A DNA stretch of 54,624 nt from a bacterium (GTDB lineage: Bacteria > Bacillota > Clostridia > Peptostreptococcales > Anaerovoracaceae). The first letter of the stretch is position 1. Each line of letters opens with the position of its first letter. The notes under the pieces were generated by a model. That model was given only the letters and a program-made list of their open reading frames with translations. It made no database searches and had not been told where the DNA came from. Location of the stretch: positions 1 through 54,624 of the forward strand of contig CAVFWT010000033.1 in NCBI GenBank assembly GCA_963626305.1. Direction: 5' to 3'. Position numbers and translations under genes: made by a program. Positions 38,734 through 47,811 of this stretch are shown one piece after another.

Positions 38734-38874
38734 AGAATCTCCATTTTCGATATATTTGTAGTTGTGGTTTCATTCAAAATAATCTCAAAAAGTATTAACA
38801 GATTATACCATAGAATGCTTGGAGTTTTCTTAAAATATGCCTTCGCATACCACAGATAATCGTAGTGCTCTCCA

Positions 38875-38939
38875 AGGAGAAAATCACCCAACAGAAAAAG
38901 ATGCGATTGCTCGCATCTTTTTCTGGGAGGATTTCTCCT
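38875..38939. terminator. Long hairpin/terminator between the two GH25 genes
   Basis: cagaaaaagatgcga-ttgc-tcgcatctttttctg core with outer aggagaaa/tttctcct arms. Confidence 0.7.
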
Positions 38940-38972
38940 CCATATAGGGCTTTATGATTGATATTTACATAT

Positions 38973-40463
38973 TTAGTTGTACCAGTAGTCCATATCGACA
39001 CGGGTACTAATGCCATTGACCTTACCGGAACTGCTGTATTGCCAGCATTTATACGTTCCGCCGTAAGTGACCTTGGAATAGTACTGTGCGACCCAGACGT
39101 GGTAGTTCGACAACTTGCTCATGTCCAGCTGATTGTTGAGCCAACTGGTGCTGGCGTAAATCATTGGAGTGTATCCCTGTGACTTGACGCGATCGCAGAA
39201 TCCCTTGATGGCAGCGGTACGGTTCTTTTTTGAAAGTCTTGCACTGGAAGCACGAGCACCGGATAAGTTTTCCGTATCGATAACAATCGGATAGCTAACG
39301 TCAATTCCTGCCTTTTTAATCAATTTGATACAATAATCCGCTTCCTCTTTACCTTCCGTCGAATTGATGGCTTCCGTGAAGAAGTAGACACCGACTTGGA
39401 TGCCTGCGGCTTTCGCCTTCTTGATGTTGTTCATGAAGGTGCTGTCTGTGTAGAGCTTTCCGTTGGACGAGCCACGGTATCCACAGCGGATAATCGCGAA
39501 TTTGACGCCGGAAGCCTTCACCTTGTTCCAATTAATAGAATATTGGAAGTAGGATACATCGATTCCTTGAACCTTGCCAGTAGAGAGGTTCGTAATGCGG
39601 CCGTTCGAAACGGTTGTATAGGACTGACCACTAACTTTGAAGGTTCCGGTCTTGATTGCACCGGTAGCGGAGGCATAATACTTATCTCCGTCTACTGTGA
39701 AGAACTTGCTTGTGTAGATTTTGCCACCAGATGCGACATAGTAGCGCTTCTTGTTGTACGTGATGAATCCCTTGGTGGTTTTTATGCGATAATTGGACGG
39801 GCTGGCATAATAGTAGTAAGAACCAACCTTGAATACGCCGGTTGCTAGATGTCCGTCGGTATAAGCTTTATAGGTATAACCGCTCACCTTGAACAGGGAG
39901 TTTACTTGCAGCTTACCTTTACCACCCGATGTGATATAGTAGCGCTTACCTCCGTAGGTGAAAAAACCGGCTTTCGTTCGAACGACACCATTCTTATCCG
40001 CGTAGAAGTGTGCAACGGTTCCGTACTTGAATACGCCGGTTCCGATTCTGCCATTGCTGTATGCCTTGTATTGTTTGCCATTCAACTTTAGCGTATGGCT
40101 TGTGTAAATCTTACCGCCATCCTGAACGTAATATTTATTGCTTTTGTAAGTAACGAATCCGGCTGTGGTCTTCACTTTGCCGGAAGTGGTTCCTGCATAG
40201 TAATAATATCCTTTGTAAGTGAAGCAACCTTTCGTCAGCTTGCCTTTCTCATTGAAGAAGTACTTGCTTCCGTCGATGGTCGCAAAACAATTCTTATAAT
40301 ACTTTCCGGATTTGTAATAATAGTACTTCGAAGAACCGGAAGTCTTCCATCCTGTTTTGGTGGATGTTGCTGCATGACTCGGAGTTGCCGCAATGCCAAA
40401 GATGAGGACTGCCGCAATAAATAATGCCGCGAGCATGTTTCTGTGTGATAGTTTCTGATACAT
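38973..40463 (-). CDS. GH25 lysozyme/muramidase with cell-wall-binding repeats
   Basis: Signal peptide (SHA|AT), repeats, then QGIDVSYFQ, VYFFTEA, VIDTE, WVAQY and VDMD motifs. Confidence 0.92.
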   Translation of the reverse strand: MYQKLSHRNMLAALFIAAVLIFGIAATPSHAATSTKTGWKTSGSSKYYYYKSGKYYKNCFATIDGSKYFFNEKGKLTKGCFTYKGYYYYAGTTSGKVKTTAGFVTYKSNKYYVQDGGKIYTSHTLKLNGKQYKAYSNGRIGTGVFKYGTVAHFYADKNGVVRTKAGFFTYGGKRYYITSGGKGKLQVNSLFKVSGYTYKAYTDGHLATGVFKVGSYYYYASPSNYRIKTTKGFITYNKKRYYVASGGKIYTSKFFTVDGDKYYASATGAIKTGTFKVSGQSYTTVSNGRITNLSTGKVQGIDVSYFQYSINWNKVKASGVKFAIIRCGYRGSSNGKLYTDSTFMNNIKKAKAAGIQVGVYFFTEAINSTEGKEEADYCIKLIKKAGIDVSYPIVIDTENLSGARASSARLSKKNRTAAIKGFCDRVKSQGYTPMIYASTSWLNNQLDMSKLSNYHVWVAQYYSKVTYGGTYKCWQYSSSGKVNGISTRVDMDYWYN

Positions 40464-40516
40464 ATTTTCCCGTAGTTTTGAAATGTTCTTTCCAAATAAG
40501 CCCTAAATTTTGGTAT

Positions 40517-40560
40517 AAAAAACCACCCTAAGGTCAGAAGAGTCTCTGAACCTGAAGATG
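40517..40560 (-). terminator. Leader terminator (attenuator) upstream of GH25 gene
   Basis: Minus strand catcttcaggttcaga-gactct-tctgaccttagggtg, then g and T6, between the promoter and the start codon. Confidence 0.7.
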
Positions 40561-40609
40561 TCTCGTTACCATATGCCGGAGCGACCGGCTACTGTTCTTT
40601 ACAGGTAAG

Positions 40610-40638
40610 ATAATAACATTCAAAAAAATAAAATGCAA
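40610..40638 (-). promoter_or_regulatory. sigma-A promoter of GH25 gene (extended -10)
   Basis: Minus strand TTGCAT-17 bp-TATTAT with TGn upstream of the -10. Confidence 0.65.
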
Positions 40639-40680
40639 TAATATTATTCGTAAACTGGCGGAAAAAATTTATCGGTAAAC

Positions 40681-40709
40681 TTGTTAGCCTATATGTTATG
40701 TGCTAAAAT
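40681..40709 (+). promoter_or_regulatory. sigma-A promoter of teichoic-acid-type operon
   Basis: TTGTTA-17 bp-TAAAAT with TGn. Confidence 0.55.
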
Positions 40710-40733
40710 CACACTATATTGAGGTAGGAAAGC

Positions 40734-41897
40734 ATGAGATACATAAGATATTGTACCAACTTAATAACGGCATTTACATTTATGGTGCTCAGTGCATGCG
40801 TGCGGAAATTATCGCCCGTACGCAAGAATAAAGCGATGTTCATTTCGGATGTTCGTAGTGAGAACGGCGGAAGCCTCCTCTGTGTCTGCAATGCGCTCGG
40901 AGATGAATACAAGAAGGTGACATACTTCAAGGCAGATCGCAGACTGTGGAGCTCGCCCAAAGAATTTTATCGGCTCGTCTATGATATGACGACGGCAGAA
41001 GCAATCTTCCTGGAAGATTATTTTCGATACACATCTTATTATAAGGTGAGAGAAGGACAGAAAATCTGTCAGCTCTGGCATGGCGCAGGTGCATTTAAGA
41101 AATTCGGCTACAGCCGAGCAGCGGGAAATGAGCATATCCGAATTCACAAAGGATATCGAAAATACACGAATGTAATTACCAGTGCAGAGGCGATTAACTC
41201 ATGCTACGAGGAAGCGTTTGGTGTCGCTGCAGACAAAGTATGTGCGACCGGAATTCCGCGCACCGATATGTTCTTTGATTCGGATTATTTGGAAGCGGCA
41301 AAGGAACGCCTCTATGAGGCATACCCGGTAATGAAAGACAAGAAGGTGATTCTTTTTGCCCCAACATATCGCGGACTTCGTGCCGATGATGCGGAATATG
41401 ATTTCAATCAAGTGCCAATTGACCAGCTCTACGAAGCACTTCACGAAGATTTCGTGTGGGTGTTCAAATGGCATCCAGCGCTCTACAACAACATTGCGAA
41501 TGGCAAGGTAAAGACGCCGGACTTTGGCAAGTATCCCGATTTCTTCCTGGACCTTTCTTCGGAGCGAGAGATTAATGATATTCTCACCGTTACGGATGTG
41601 ATGATAACGGATTATTCTTCTGTTATATTCGATTATTACTTGACGGGCGGACGAATGATTTTCTATCCGTACGATTTCGATCAATATTATAATGGACGGA
41701 GTTTCTACTTCGACTACGAGGATTACCTCTGTGGCCCGATGGTGAAAACTCCCGATGAGCTCATCGAAGCGATTCGGAATCCCTCGAGCGGAGAAGAAGA
41801 AATTCGTGCACGATTCGGAACGCGTTTTATGGAAGCTTGCGACGGACACGCGACCCAGCGCGTGGTAGACTGGGTGTTTGACAGGAGGTCAGAATGA
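40734..41897 (+). CDS. CDP-glycerol/ribitol:polymer phosphotransferase (TagB/TagF family)
   Basis: QLWHGAGAFKKFG, GIPRTD, FAPTYRG, KWHP, ITDYSS and DGHAT motifs. Confidence 0.92.
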   Translation: MRYIRYCTNLITAFTFMVLSACVRKLSPVRKNKAMFISDVRSENGGSLLCVCNALGDEYKKVTYFKADRRLWSSPKEFYRLVYDMTTAEAIFLEDYFRYTSYYKVREGQKICQLWHGAGAFKKFGYSRAAGNEHIRIHKGYRKYTNVITSAEAINSCYEEAFGVAADKVCATGIPRTDMFFDSDYLEAAKERLYEAYPVMKDKKVILFAPTYRGLRADDAEYDFNQVPIDQLYEALHEDFVWVFKWHPALYNNIANGKVKTPDFGKYPDFFLDLSSEREINDILTVTDVMITDYSSVIFDYYLTGGRMIFYPYDFDQYYNGRSFYFDYEDYLCGPMVKTPDELIEAIRNPSSGEEEIRARFGTRFMEACDGHATQRVVDWVFDRRSE

Positions 41898-43021
41898 AAA
41901 TCCTAATCAATCTGGCCATCGCGTTGTGCAATGTGGTCTACTCGTTTCACAAGCTCGCACCGACAAGGAATCGCATCGCCATGATTAGCCGTCAGAGCGA
42001 TGCGTTGACGCTGGACATGCGCCTATTGAAGGAAGAGATAGAGCACCAGAATCCCAGCGTGGAAGTGGTGACGATGAATCGCCGAATTCCGCCGGGGCTT
42101 ATCGGTAAAATTAAATACGTATTCTATATGCTTGGTCCGGAGATGCACACGATTGCGACGTCGAAAGTCGTGCTTCTAGAGGGATATTGCATCAATGTGA
42201 GCATTCTTCACCACAAGAAAGACCTCAAAGTCATTCAGCTTTGGCATGCACTGGGCGTGTTCAAACGGTTTGCTTATCTTGCAGTCGGAACAGAAGAAGG
42301 GCATAGCGAAACACTGGCAAAGGCGATGCACATGCATGAGAATTACGACTATGTTATTTGCAGCAGCGAGTTTTGTCGCCCGTATTATGCAAAGGCGTTT
42401 GGATATCCGGAAGAGCAAGTGAAGGTGTATCCCCTCCCACGAACCGACCTCTTGCAAAGCGAAGATTATCGCCAAGAGACAGGCAAAAGAATATTGGCGA
42501 AGTATCCAGCCCTTGAGGATAAGAAGAATATTCTCTATGCACCAACCTTCCGAAGCGATGTGGACATCACGGAACATTTGCAAAAACTATTCAATGCATT
42601 CAATTATGAAGAGTATAATCTGATTGTAAAACTTCACCCGATTGACCGTACGGCGGTGAACCGGATGGAGGTTTTTGACTGTTCAGAATTCACGACGATG
42701 GAACTGTTCTCGGTCAGCGATGTGCTCATTACCGATTACTCTTCGATTCTGTTCGAAGCAGCTGTCGCGGAAATGCCAATCTACTTATATACGTATGATT
42801 TGGACGAATACTTGGCACGTCGTGGCTTCATTATCGATTTCCGTAAAGATATTCCGTTCCCAATGTACGAGAACCCAGGGGAACTTCTGGATTCGATTCG
42901 ACGAGGCGAAAGTAGTGCAGAGGTATCGCACGAATTCATTCAACGTTACGTAGAGCCAGGAACTGGAAATACGCGAAAACTCGCGGAATTCATACTCGAG
43001 CAACTGAGTGAGAAGGCGTAA
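41894..43021 (+). CDS. CDP-glycerol/ribitol:polymer phosphotransferase (TagB-like)
   Basis: QLWHA, LPRTD, YAPTFR, KLHP and ITDYSS motifs; 4-bp overlap with the previous gene. Confidence 0.9.
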   Translation: MKILINLAIALCNVVYSFHKLAPTRNRIAMISRQSDALTLDMRLLKEEIEHQNPSVEVVTMNRRIPPGLIGKIKYVFYMLGPEMHTIATSKVVLLEGYCINVSILHHKKDLKVIQLWHALGVFKRFAYLAVGTEEGHSETLAKAMHMHENYDYVICSSEFCRPYYAKAFGYPEEQVKVYPLPRTDLLQSEDYRQETGKRILAKYPALEDKKNILYAPTFRSDVDITEHLQKLFNAFNYEEYNLIVKLHPIDRTAVNRMEVFDCSEFTTMELFSVSDVLITDYSSILFEAAVAEMPIYLYTYDLDEYLARRGFIIDFRKDIPFPMYENPGELLDSIRRGESSAEVSHEFIQRYVEPGTGNTRKLAEFILEQLSEKA

Positions 43022-43088
43022 TTCTTGAATTATAATAACATGTAAGATATAATTATATGATTTAACTCTGTTTCAAAGGAGGAAAGAA

Positions 43089-43796
43089 ATGGTATATGGT
43101 GTAATTCTGGCAGGCGGTATCGGAAGTCGTATGGGAAATGTCGACAGACCGAAACAGTACCTGCACATTGGCAAGAAACCGATTATTGTACATACGGTAG
43201 AGAAGTTCATCATCAATGATGCTTTCGAGAAGGTTATCGTGCTCTGCCCAGCACAGTGGATTACCTACACGAAGGATTTGTTCCGCAAGCACTTGCCGGA
43301 GAATAACGATGTTGTTGTTATTGAGGGCGGCAAAGAACGTAATGATACGATTATGAACGCGATCCGTTACATTGAAGAGACGGATGGATTGGATGAAGAA
43401 ACGGTCGTTGTAACACACGATGCGGTGCGTCCCTTCGTTACTCACCGCATTCTGGAGGAGAATATCGAGTATGCTCGTAAGGGCATTGCTTGTGATACGG
43501 TAATTCCGGCAACAGATACAATTGTAGAAAGTACCGATGGAGAGACCATCGCGAACATTCCAAATCGCCGGAACTACTATCAGGGACAGACGCCGCAGAG
43601 CTTCCGTGCGAAGAAGTTCAAGGATATGTATGAAACCTTATCTCCAGAAGAGAAGGCAATTCTGACGGATGCGGCAAAAGTATTTGTCGTAAAGGGTGAA
43701 AAGGTCGCACTGGTAAAGGGTGAAACCTTCAACATCAAAGTAACGTATCCATATGATCTGCAGCTTGCAGAAACGCTGCTGGGAGGCGATAAGTAG
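43089..43796 (+). CDS. tarI: Ribitol-5-phosphate cytidylyltransferase (IspD/TarI family)
   Basis: ILAGGIGSRMG, PKQY, THDAVRPF, GQTPQSF and NIKVTYPYD motifs; adjacent to tarJ. Confidence 0.88.
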   Translation: MVYGVILAGGIGSRMGNVDRPKQYLHIGKKPIIVHTVEKFIINDAFEKVIVLCPAQWITYTKDLFRKHLPENNDVVVIEGGKERNDTIMNAIRYIEETDGLDEETVVVTHDAVRPFVTHRILEENIEYARKGIACDTVIPATDTIVESTDGETIANIPNRRNYYQGQTPQSFRAKKFKDMYETLSPEEKAILTDAAKVFVVKGEKVALVKGETFNIKVTYPYDLQLAETLLGGDK

Positions 43797-44821
43797 TGTT
43801 AAATACAGTATATAGACTCGTTGAGCCAAGACGAATTGAATCGGAGTTTTCGGATGTCGATGTGAATGGAAATCACATTCTGGTACGCCCGACCCATCTG
43901 TCGATTTGCAATGCGGACCAGCGTTATTTCCAGGGAACCAGACCACCGGAAGTACTTCGCAAGAAACTGCCGATGGCATTGATTCACGAAGCCATTGGTA
44001 AGGTTATCTATGATCCAACGGGAACTTATGAAGCTGGACAGAAAGTCGTAATGGTTCCCAATACGCCAGTGGAAGAAGATGATGTCATTGCCGAGAACTA
44101 TCTAAGAAGCAGCAAGTTCCGTGGCAGTGGCTTCGATGGATTTATGCAGGATATCGTTCCAATGCGGCCGGACCGCGTGGTTGCAGTACCGGACGGGATT
44201 GATGATTTGGTGGCTGCTTTTACCGAACTGGTGTCAGTTAGCTATCACGCAATTGACCGCTTCGAACAGAAAGCACATAGCAGAAGAAATAGCTTTGGCG
44301 TGTGGGGTGATGGAAACCTTGCGTTTATTACATCGCTCTTGCTGAAGAAGCGTTTTCCAGAGAGCAAGGTCTACATCTTCGGAAAGCATGAATATAAGAT
44401 GGCAGATTTCGTGTTTGCGGATGGCACATATTTTATCGACAGCATTCCGGAAGATCTCCGCATCGACCACGGATTTGAATGCGTTGGTAAGGCGGGCTCT
44501 GGCTCGTCGATTAATCAGATTATCGATTACATCAATCCGGAAGGTTGCATCGCAGCACTGGGCGTATCGGAAGATCCGGTTCCGATTAATACGCGAATGA
44601 TTCTGGAGAAGGGATTGACGCTGTTCGGAAGTAGCCGAAGCAGTGCGGAGGACTTCCACAACTTGCTCCAGTTCTATAAAGCACATCCGGAGGTGGTGGA
44701 CTACATGTCCAGCATCATCGGTGAAGTAGTTGAAGTTCGCACAATTAAAGACATGACCTATGCCTTTGATTCGGACACACAGAAACATGGCGGTAAGACC
44801 GTGATGATTTGGAAGAAATAG
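43796..44821 (+). CDS. tarJ: Ribulose-5-phosphate reductase
   Basis: LSICNADQRY, PMALIHE, GVWGDGNL and LEKGLTLFGSSRS motifs; GTG start overlaps the tarI stop. Confidence 0.9.
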   Translation: MLNTVYRLVEPRRIESEFSDVDVNGNHILVRPTHLSICNADQRYFQGTRPPEVLRKKLPMALIHEAIGKVIYDPTGTYEAGQKVVMVPNTPVEEDDVIAENYLRSSKFRGSGFDGFMQDIVPMRPDRVVAVPDGIDDLVAAFTELVSVSYHAIDRFEQKAHSRRNSFGVWGDGNLAFITSLLLKKRFPESKVYIFGKHEYKMADFVFADGTYFIDSIPEDLRIDHGFECVGKAGSGSSINQIIDYINPEGCIAALGVSEDPVPINTRMILEKGLTLFGSSRSSAEDFHNLLQFYKAHPEVVDYMSSIIGEVVEVRTIKDMTYAFDSDTQKHGGKTVMIWKK

Positions 44822-44841
44822 CAATAAAGAGAGGGTTATAA

Positions 44842-47772
44842 ATGTCACCGAAAGTATCGATTATTCTTCCGGCATATAATGCAGAGCAAACGCTTTCTCG
44901 CATGCTGGATGCAATCCGAAACCAGACATTTGAAAATTATGAAGTTATTGCGATAGATGATGGATCCACAGATAGAACTGGCGATATTCTGGAGGAATAT
45001 CGGGAAGCAGATGATCGACTCCGAATTCTTAAGCAAGAGCACTCTGGCGTTAATGTTGCCCGCAATAGAGGGTTAGGCGAAGCTCAAGGCGATTATGTGG
45101 TCTTCTACGATGCGGATGACTTTGTTCCAGAGAATGCAATGAATGATTTGTATCACAGTGCACGAGATCGAATGGCGGATCTTATAATTGGCGAACATGG
45201 AATTCAGTACATGACCGAAATCTATGTGCCGAAGTCATCTGCCGTATTATCCAAGGAACTGGATATCCCCAAATATCACAAATCGCTTTGCTGGAACTTA
45301 ACCCTATGCAACAAGATGTTCCATCGGGATATTATTGAGAAAAATAATCTGAGATTTAATGAGAGCACCCACGGCGAAGACGGGGTGTTCTTGTTTCAGT
45401 TCATCCAGAAATCGAAGAACATTACAGGTTGCCCAGAGAACGTCTATACTCATGTCAAGAGCGCATTTTGGGAAGATAAGACACTGAGCCAGCAGATAAC
45501 TTGTGAGGCTTTTGCCTCTTGCTGCCGCAATATCAAAGCGATACTTCAGATTATTGATGAAGAGATGGAAGAAGACATCACCGCTATCGAGAAATCTGAA
45601 GTGACGCAGGCGGCCAAAGATGAAAGACATTATTTCTGGAAACAAATGCGTTCCACTATCTGGAAGAGCTTTGCCCAGACCATCGTGCTCGGTAAATTCT
45701 ACCGTAGATTATGGAATGGAGAAGATGAGCTGTTCCCTTTGATTCAGGAAAGTTTGGAAGAATGCAAAGCGAACATGTTCCCATCCCATTGGCAGTCTGT
45801 TATGGATATGAATACAGATCTTCGGTTGAATTCCGGATTAATGGATAAAGAGGCTCTGGCAGAGAACCCGGTTCTGTCCGTAATGATTACATCTCAGCTT
45901 TCGGCAGAAGATGTAGATACAATGCTTCAAGCATACTACGAACAGAGCTTCGTCTCTTTTGAAGTGATTCTGGATGATTCTCTGTTACATGCTGTATCTC
46001 CAGCGTTTCGTAATCGGAAGAACTTCCGCACATTACCGCATGACACTCTGCCGGCTTGGAAGAAAGAAGCATTACTTCAAGCAAATGGCATCGAGTGTAT
46101 ATTTGTGCAAGAAGCTATATATCCAGGTTCTAGAGCAATCGTACAGATGCTGGAAGCGAAGACAGAGCGAGAAGATGAGCGATGCTTTGTTACAATTCCG
46201 CTTTGCAGTAAGACAGATGGTGAATATCAGAATCTGATCGCACAGAATACGGCATTTATTAATGAATTTGCCGTTGTACACAGAAATACGAAGTACAACC
46301 AACTCGATGCTCTGTGGAGTAACAAGATTTTCAATATTAAGACACTACTTGCGAAGAAACGACTCTTCGAGAAGAATTCTACGGAAGACCTCGTGCGACT
46401 CTATGGCAATACACCATATGTGAAGTTTGATGGGAGTGCATTCCTGACAACGCTGACTGATCAAGATATTCTGAAGAATGTTTCCAGTCTATGGGTGAAG
46501 CTGGGATTCCATCATAAACTTCGCAATGAGCAGAAGAGACTCGCTCGAATTGAGAAAGAAAGCACGCCAGAGAAGACACTTTCCCAGATTTTTCGGAGAT
46601 GGTATCGCAGACAGCTTCGTGGCGGATATAAATTCCTAACATTGAAAATTCTGTTTCCGCTGTATTATAACTGGCATGCGAGGAAGCCGATTGAGAAGAA
46701 TAAAGTTCTGTTTATCGTAAATCGTAAGCCAACGCTTCCAAATGCGATGACTTATGTACATGGGTTGCTGGAAGATTCTGGCAAATTCGATATTCATGAT
46801 AAATTCCTACTCAATTTGACATTGCGTTATCGTCAGAAATTCAAAGTAGACCTAGACCTTATTAAGGATTTAGCAACTGCAAACTATGTATTCCTAGACG
46901 AAGCAACTGTCGTAACCTGTGGCGTTAAGAAACGCCCGGAGACCAAGATTGTGCAGCTGTGGCATGGCTGCGGTGCCTTCAAGAAATTTGGCTTCAGCAC
47001 GGCAGATAAAATTTTTGGCGGAGATGCTAAGACGCAGATTCGCTATCCAATGTATAAGAATTTCGATCTGGTATGTGTTAGTAGCCCAGAAGTTGTGTGG
47101 GCTTATGAGGAAGCCATGCGACTGGAAGGTGTGGGCAACGTCAAGCCGGTCGGCGTTAGCCGTACGGATGTGTTTTTCCAGGAGGAGTATATTGAAGCTG
47201 CCAAGGAAAGAGTAGAAGAAGCCATTCCGGCAGCGAAGGATCGTAAAATCATTCTCTATGCCCCAACGTTCCGAGGCCGCGTAGCTTCTGCCTATGGTCC
47301 AAATCATTTTGATTACGACCGTCTGTATGAAACTTTGGGTGATGAATATATTATTCTGATCAAACATCACCCGTTAGTGAAACAACTACCGGAAATTCCT
47401 TTGAAATACAAGGAGTCCTTTGTCTGGGATGTATCGAATAGCATGACGATTGAAGATCTAATCTGCACAGCAGATATCTGCATTTCAGATTATTCTTCCT
47501 TGATATTCGAATACGCGCTTTTCGAGAAACCAATCATCCTATTTGCATATGATTTGGATGTATATTTCGACTGGAGAGGCTTCTATTACGACTATTTCGA
47601 GATGGCACCGGGACCTGTTCTGGCAAGCACGGAAGAGATTATTGATTACATTGTAAATATTGATACGAAATTCGACCGAGAGAAAATGCATGCCTTTCGA
47701 GAGAAGTTCATGAGTTCTTGCGATGGCCATTCCACAGAGCGGATATTGGCAGAAGTGGGGCTTGAGTTGTAG
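44842..47772 (+). CDS. Bifunctional GT2 glycosyltransferase / TagF-family phosphotransferase
   Basis: N-terminal VSIILPAYN, IDDGSTD, ARNRGL and FYDADD; a degenerate second GT2-like segment; C-terminal QLWHG, YAPTFRG, ISDYSS and DGHSTER. Confidence 0.9.
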   Translation: MSPKVSIILPAYNAEQTLSRMLDAIRNQTFENYEVIAIDDGSTDRTGDILEEYREADDRLRILKQEHSGVNVARNRGLGEAQGDYVVFYDADDFVPENAMNDLYHSARDRMADLIIGEHGIQYMTEIYVPKSSAVLSKELDIPKYHKSLCWNLTLCNKMFHRDIIEKNNLRFNESTHGEDGVFLFQFIQKSKNITGCPENVYTHVKSAFWEDKTLSQQITCEAFASCCRNIKAILQIIDEEMEEDITAIEKSEVTQAAKDERHYFWKQMRSTIWKSFAQTIVLGKFYRRLWNGEDELFPLIQESLEECKANMFPSHWQSVMDMNTDLRLNSGLMDKEALAENPVLSVMITSQLSAEDVDTMLQAYYEQSFVSFEVILDDSLLHAVSPAFRNRKNFRTLPHDTLPAWKKEALLQANGIECIFVQEAIYPGSRAIVQMLEAKTEREDERCFVTIPLCSKTDGEYQNLIAQNTAFINEFAVVHRNTKYNQLDALWSNKIFNIKTLLAKKRLFEKNSTEDLVRLYGNTPYVKFDGSAFLTTLTDQDILKNVSSLWVKLGFHHKLRNEQKRLARIEKESTPEKTLSQIFRRWYRRQLRGGYKFLTLKILFPLYYNWHARKPIEKNKVLFIVNRKPTLPNAMTYVHGLLEDSGKFDIHDKFLLNLTLRYRQKFKVDLDLIKDLATANYVFLDEATVVTCGVKKRPETKIVQLWHGCGAFKKFGFSTADKIFGGDAKTQIRYPMYKNFDLVCVSSPEVVWAYEEAMRLEGVGNVKPVGVSRTDVFFQEEYIEAAKERVEEAIPAAKDRKIILYAPTFRGRVASAYGPNHFDYDRLYETLGDEYIILIKHHPLVKQLPEIPLKYKESFVWDVSNSMTIEDLICTADICISDYSSLIFEYALFEKPIILFAYDLDVYFDWRGFYYDYFEMAPGPVLASTEEIIDYIVNIDTKFDREKMHAFREKFMSSCDGHSTERILAEVGLEL

Positions 47773-47811
47773 TCCGTATTAATAAATTATTTTAGAAAGG
47801 ACCAGTTGTAA

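Noticed and set aside
36796..40463. Prophage endolysins
   Set aside because: Both have Sec signal peptides and host-type repeats; no holin, structural or integrase genes nearby.
40517..40605. c-di-AMP (ydaO) or c-di-GMP riboswitch call for the GH25 leader
   Set aside because: Too short for ydaO and the consensus elements of these classes were not found; kept as an unknown leader.
43089..43796. ispD (MEP pathway) call
   Set aside because: Translational coupling to tarJ and the TagF context favour TarI.
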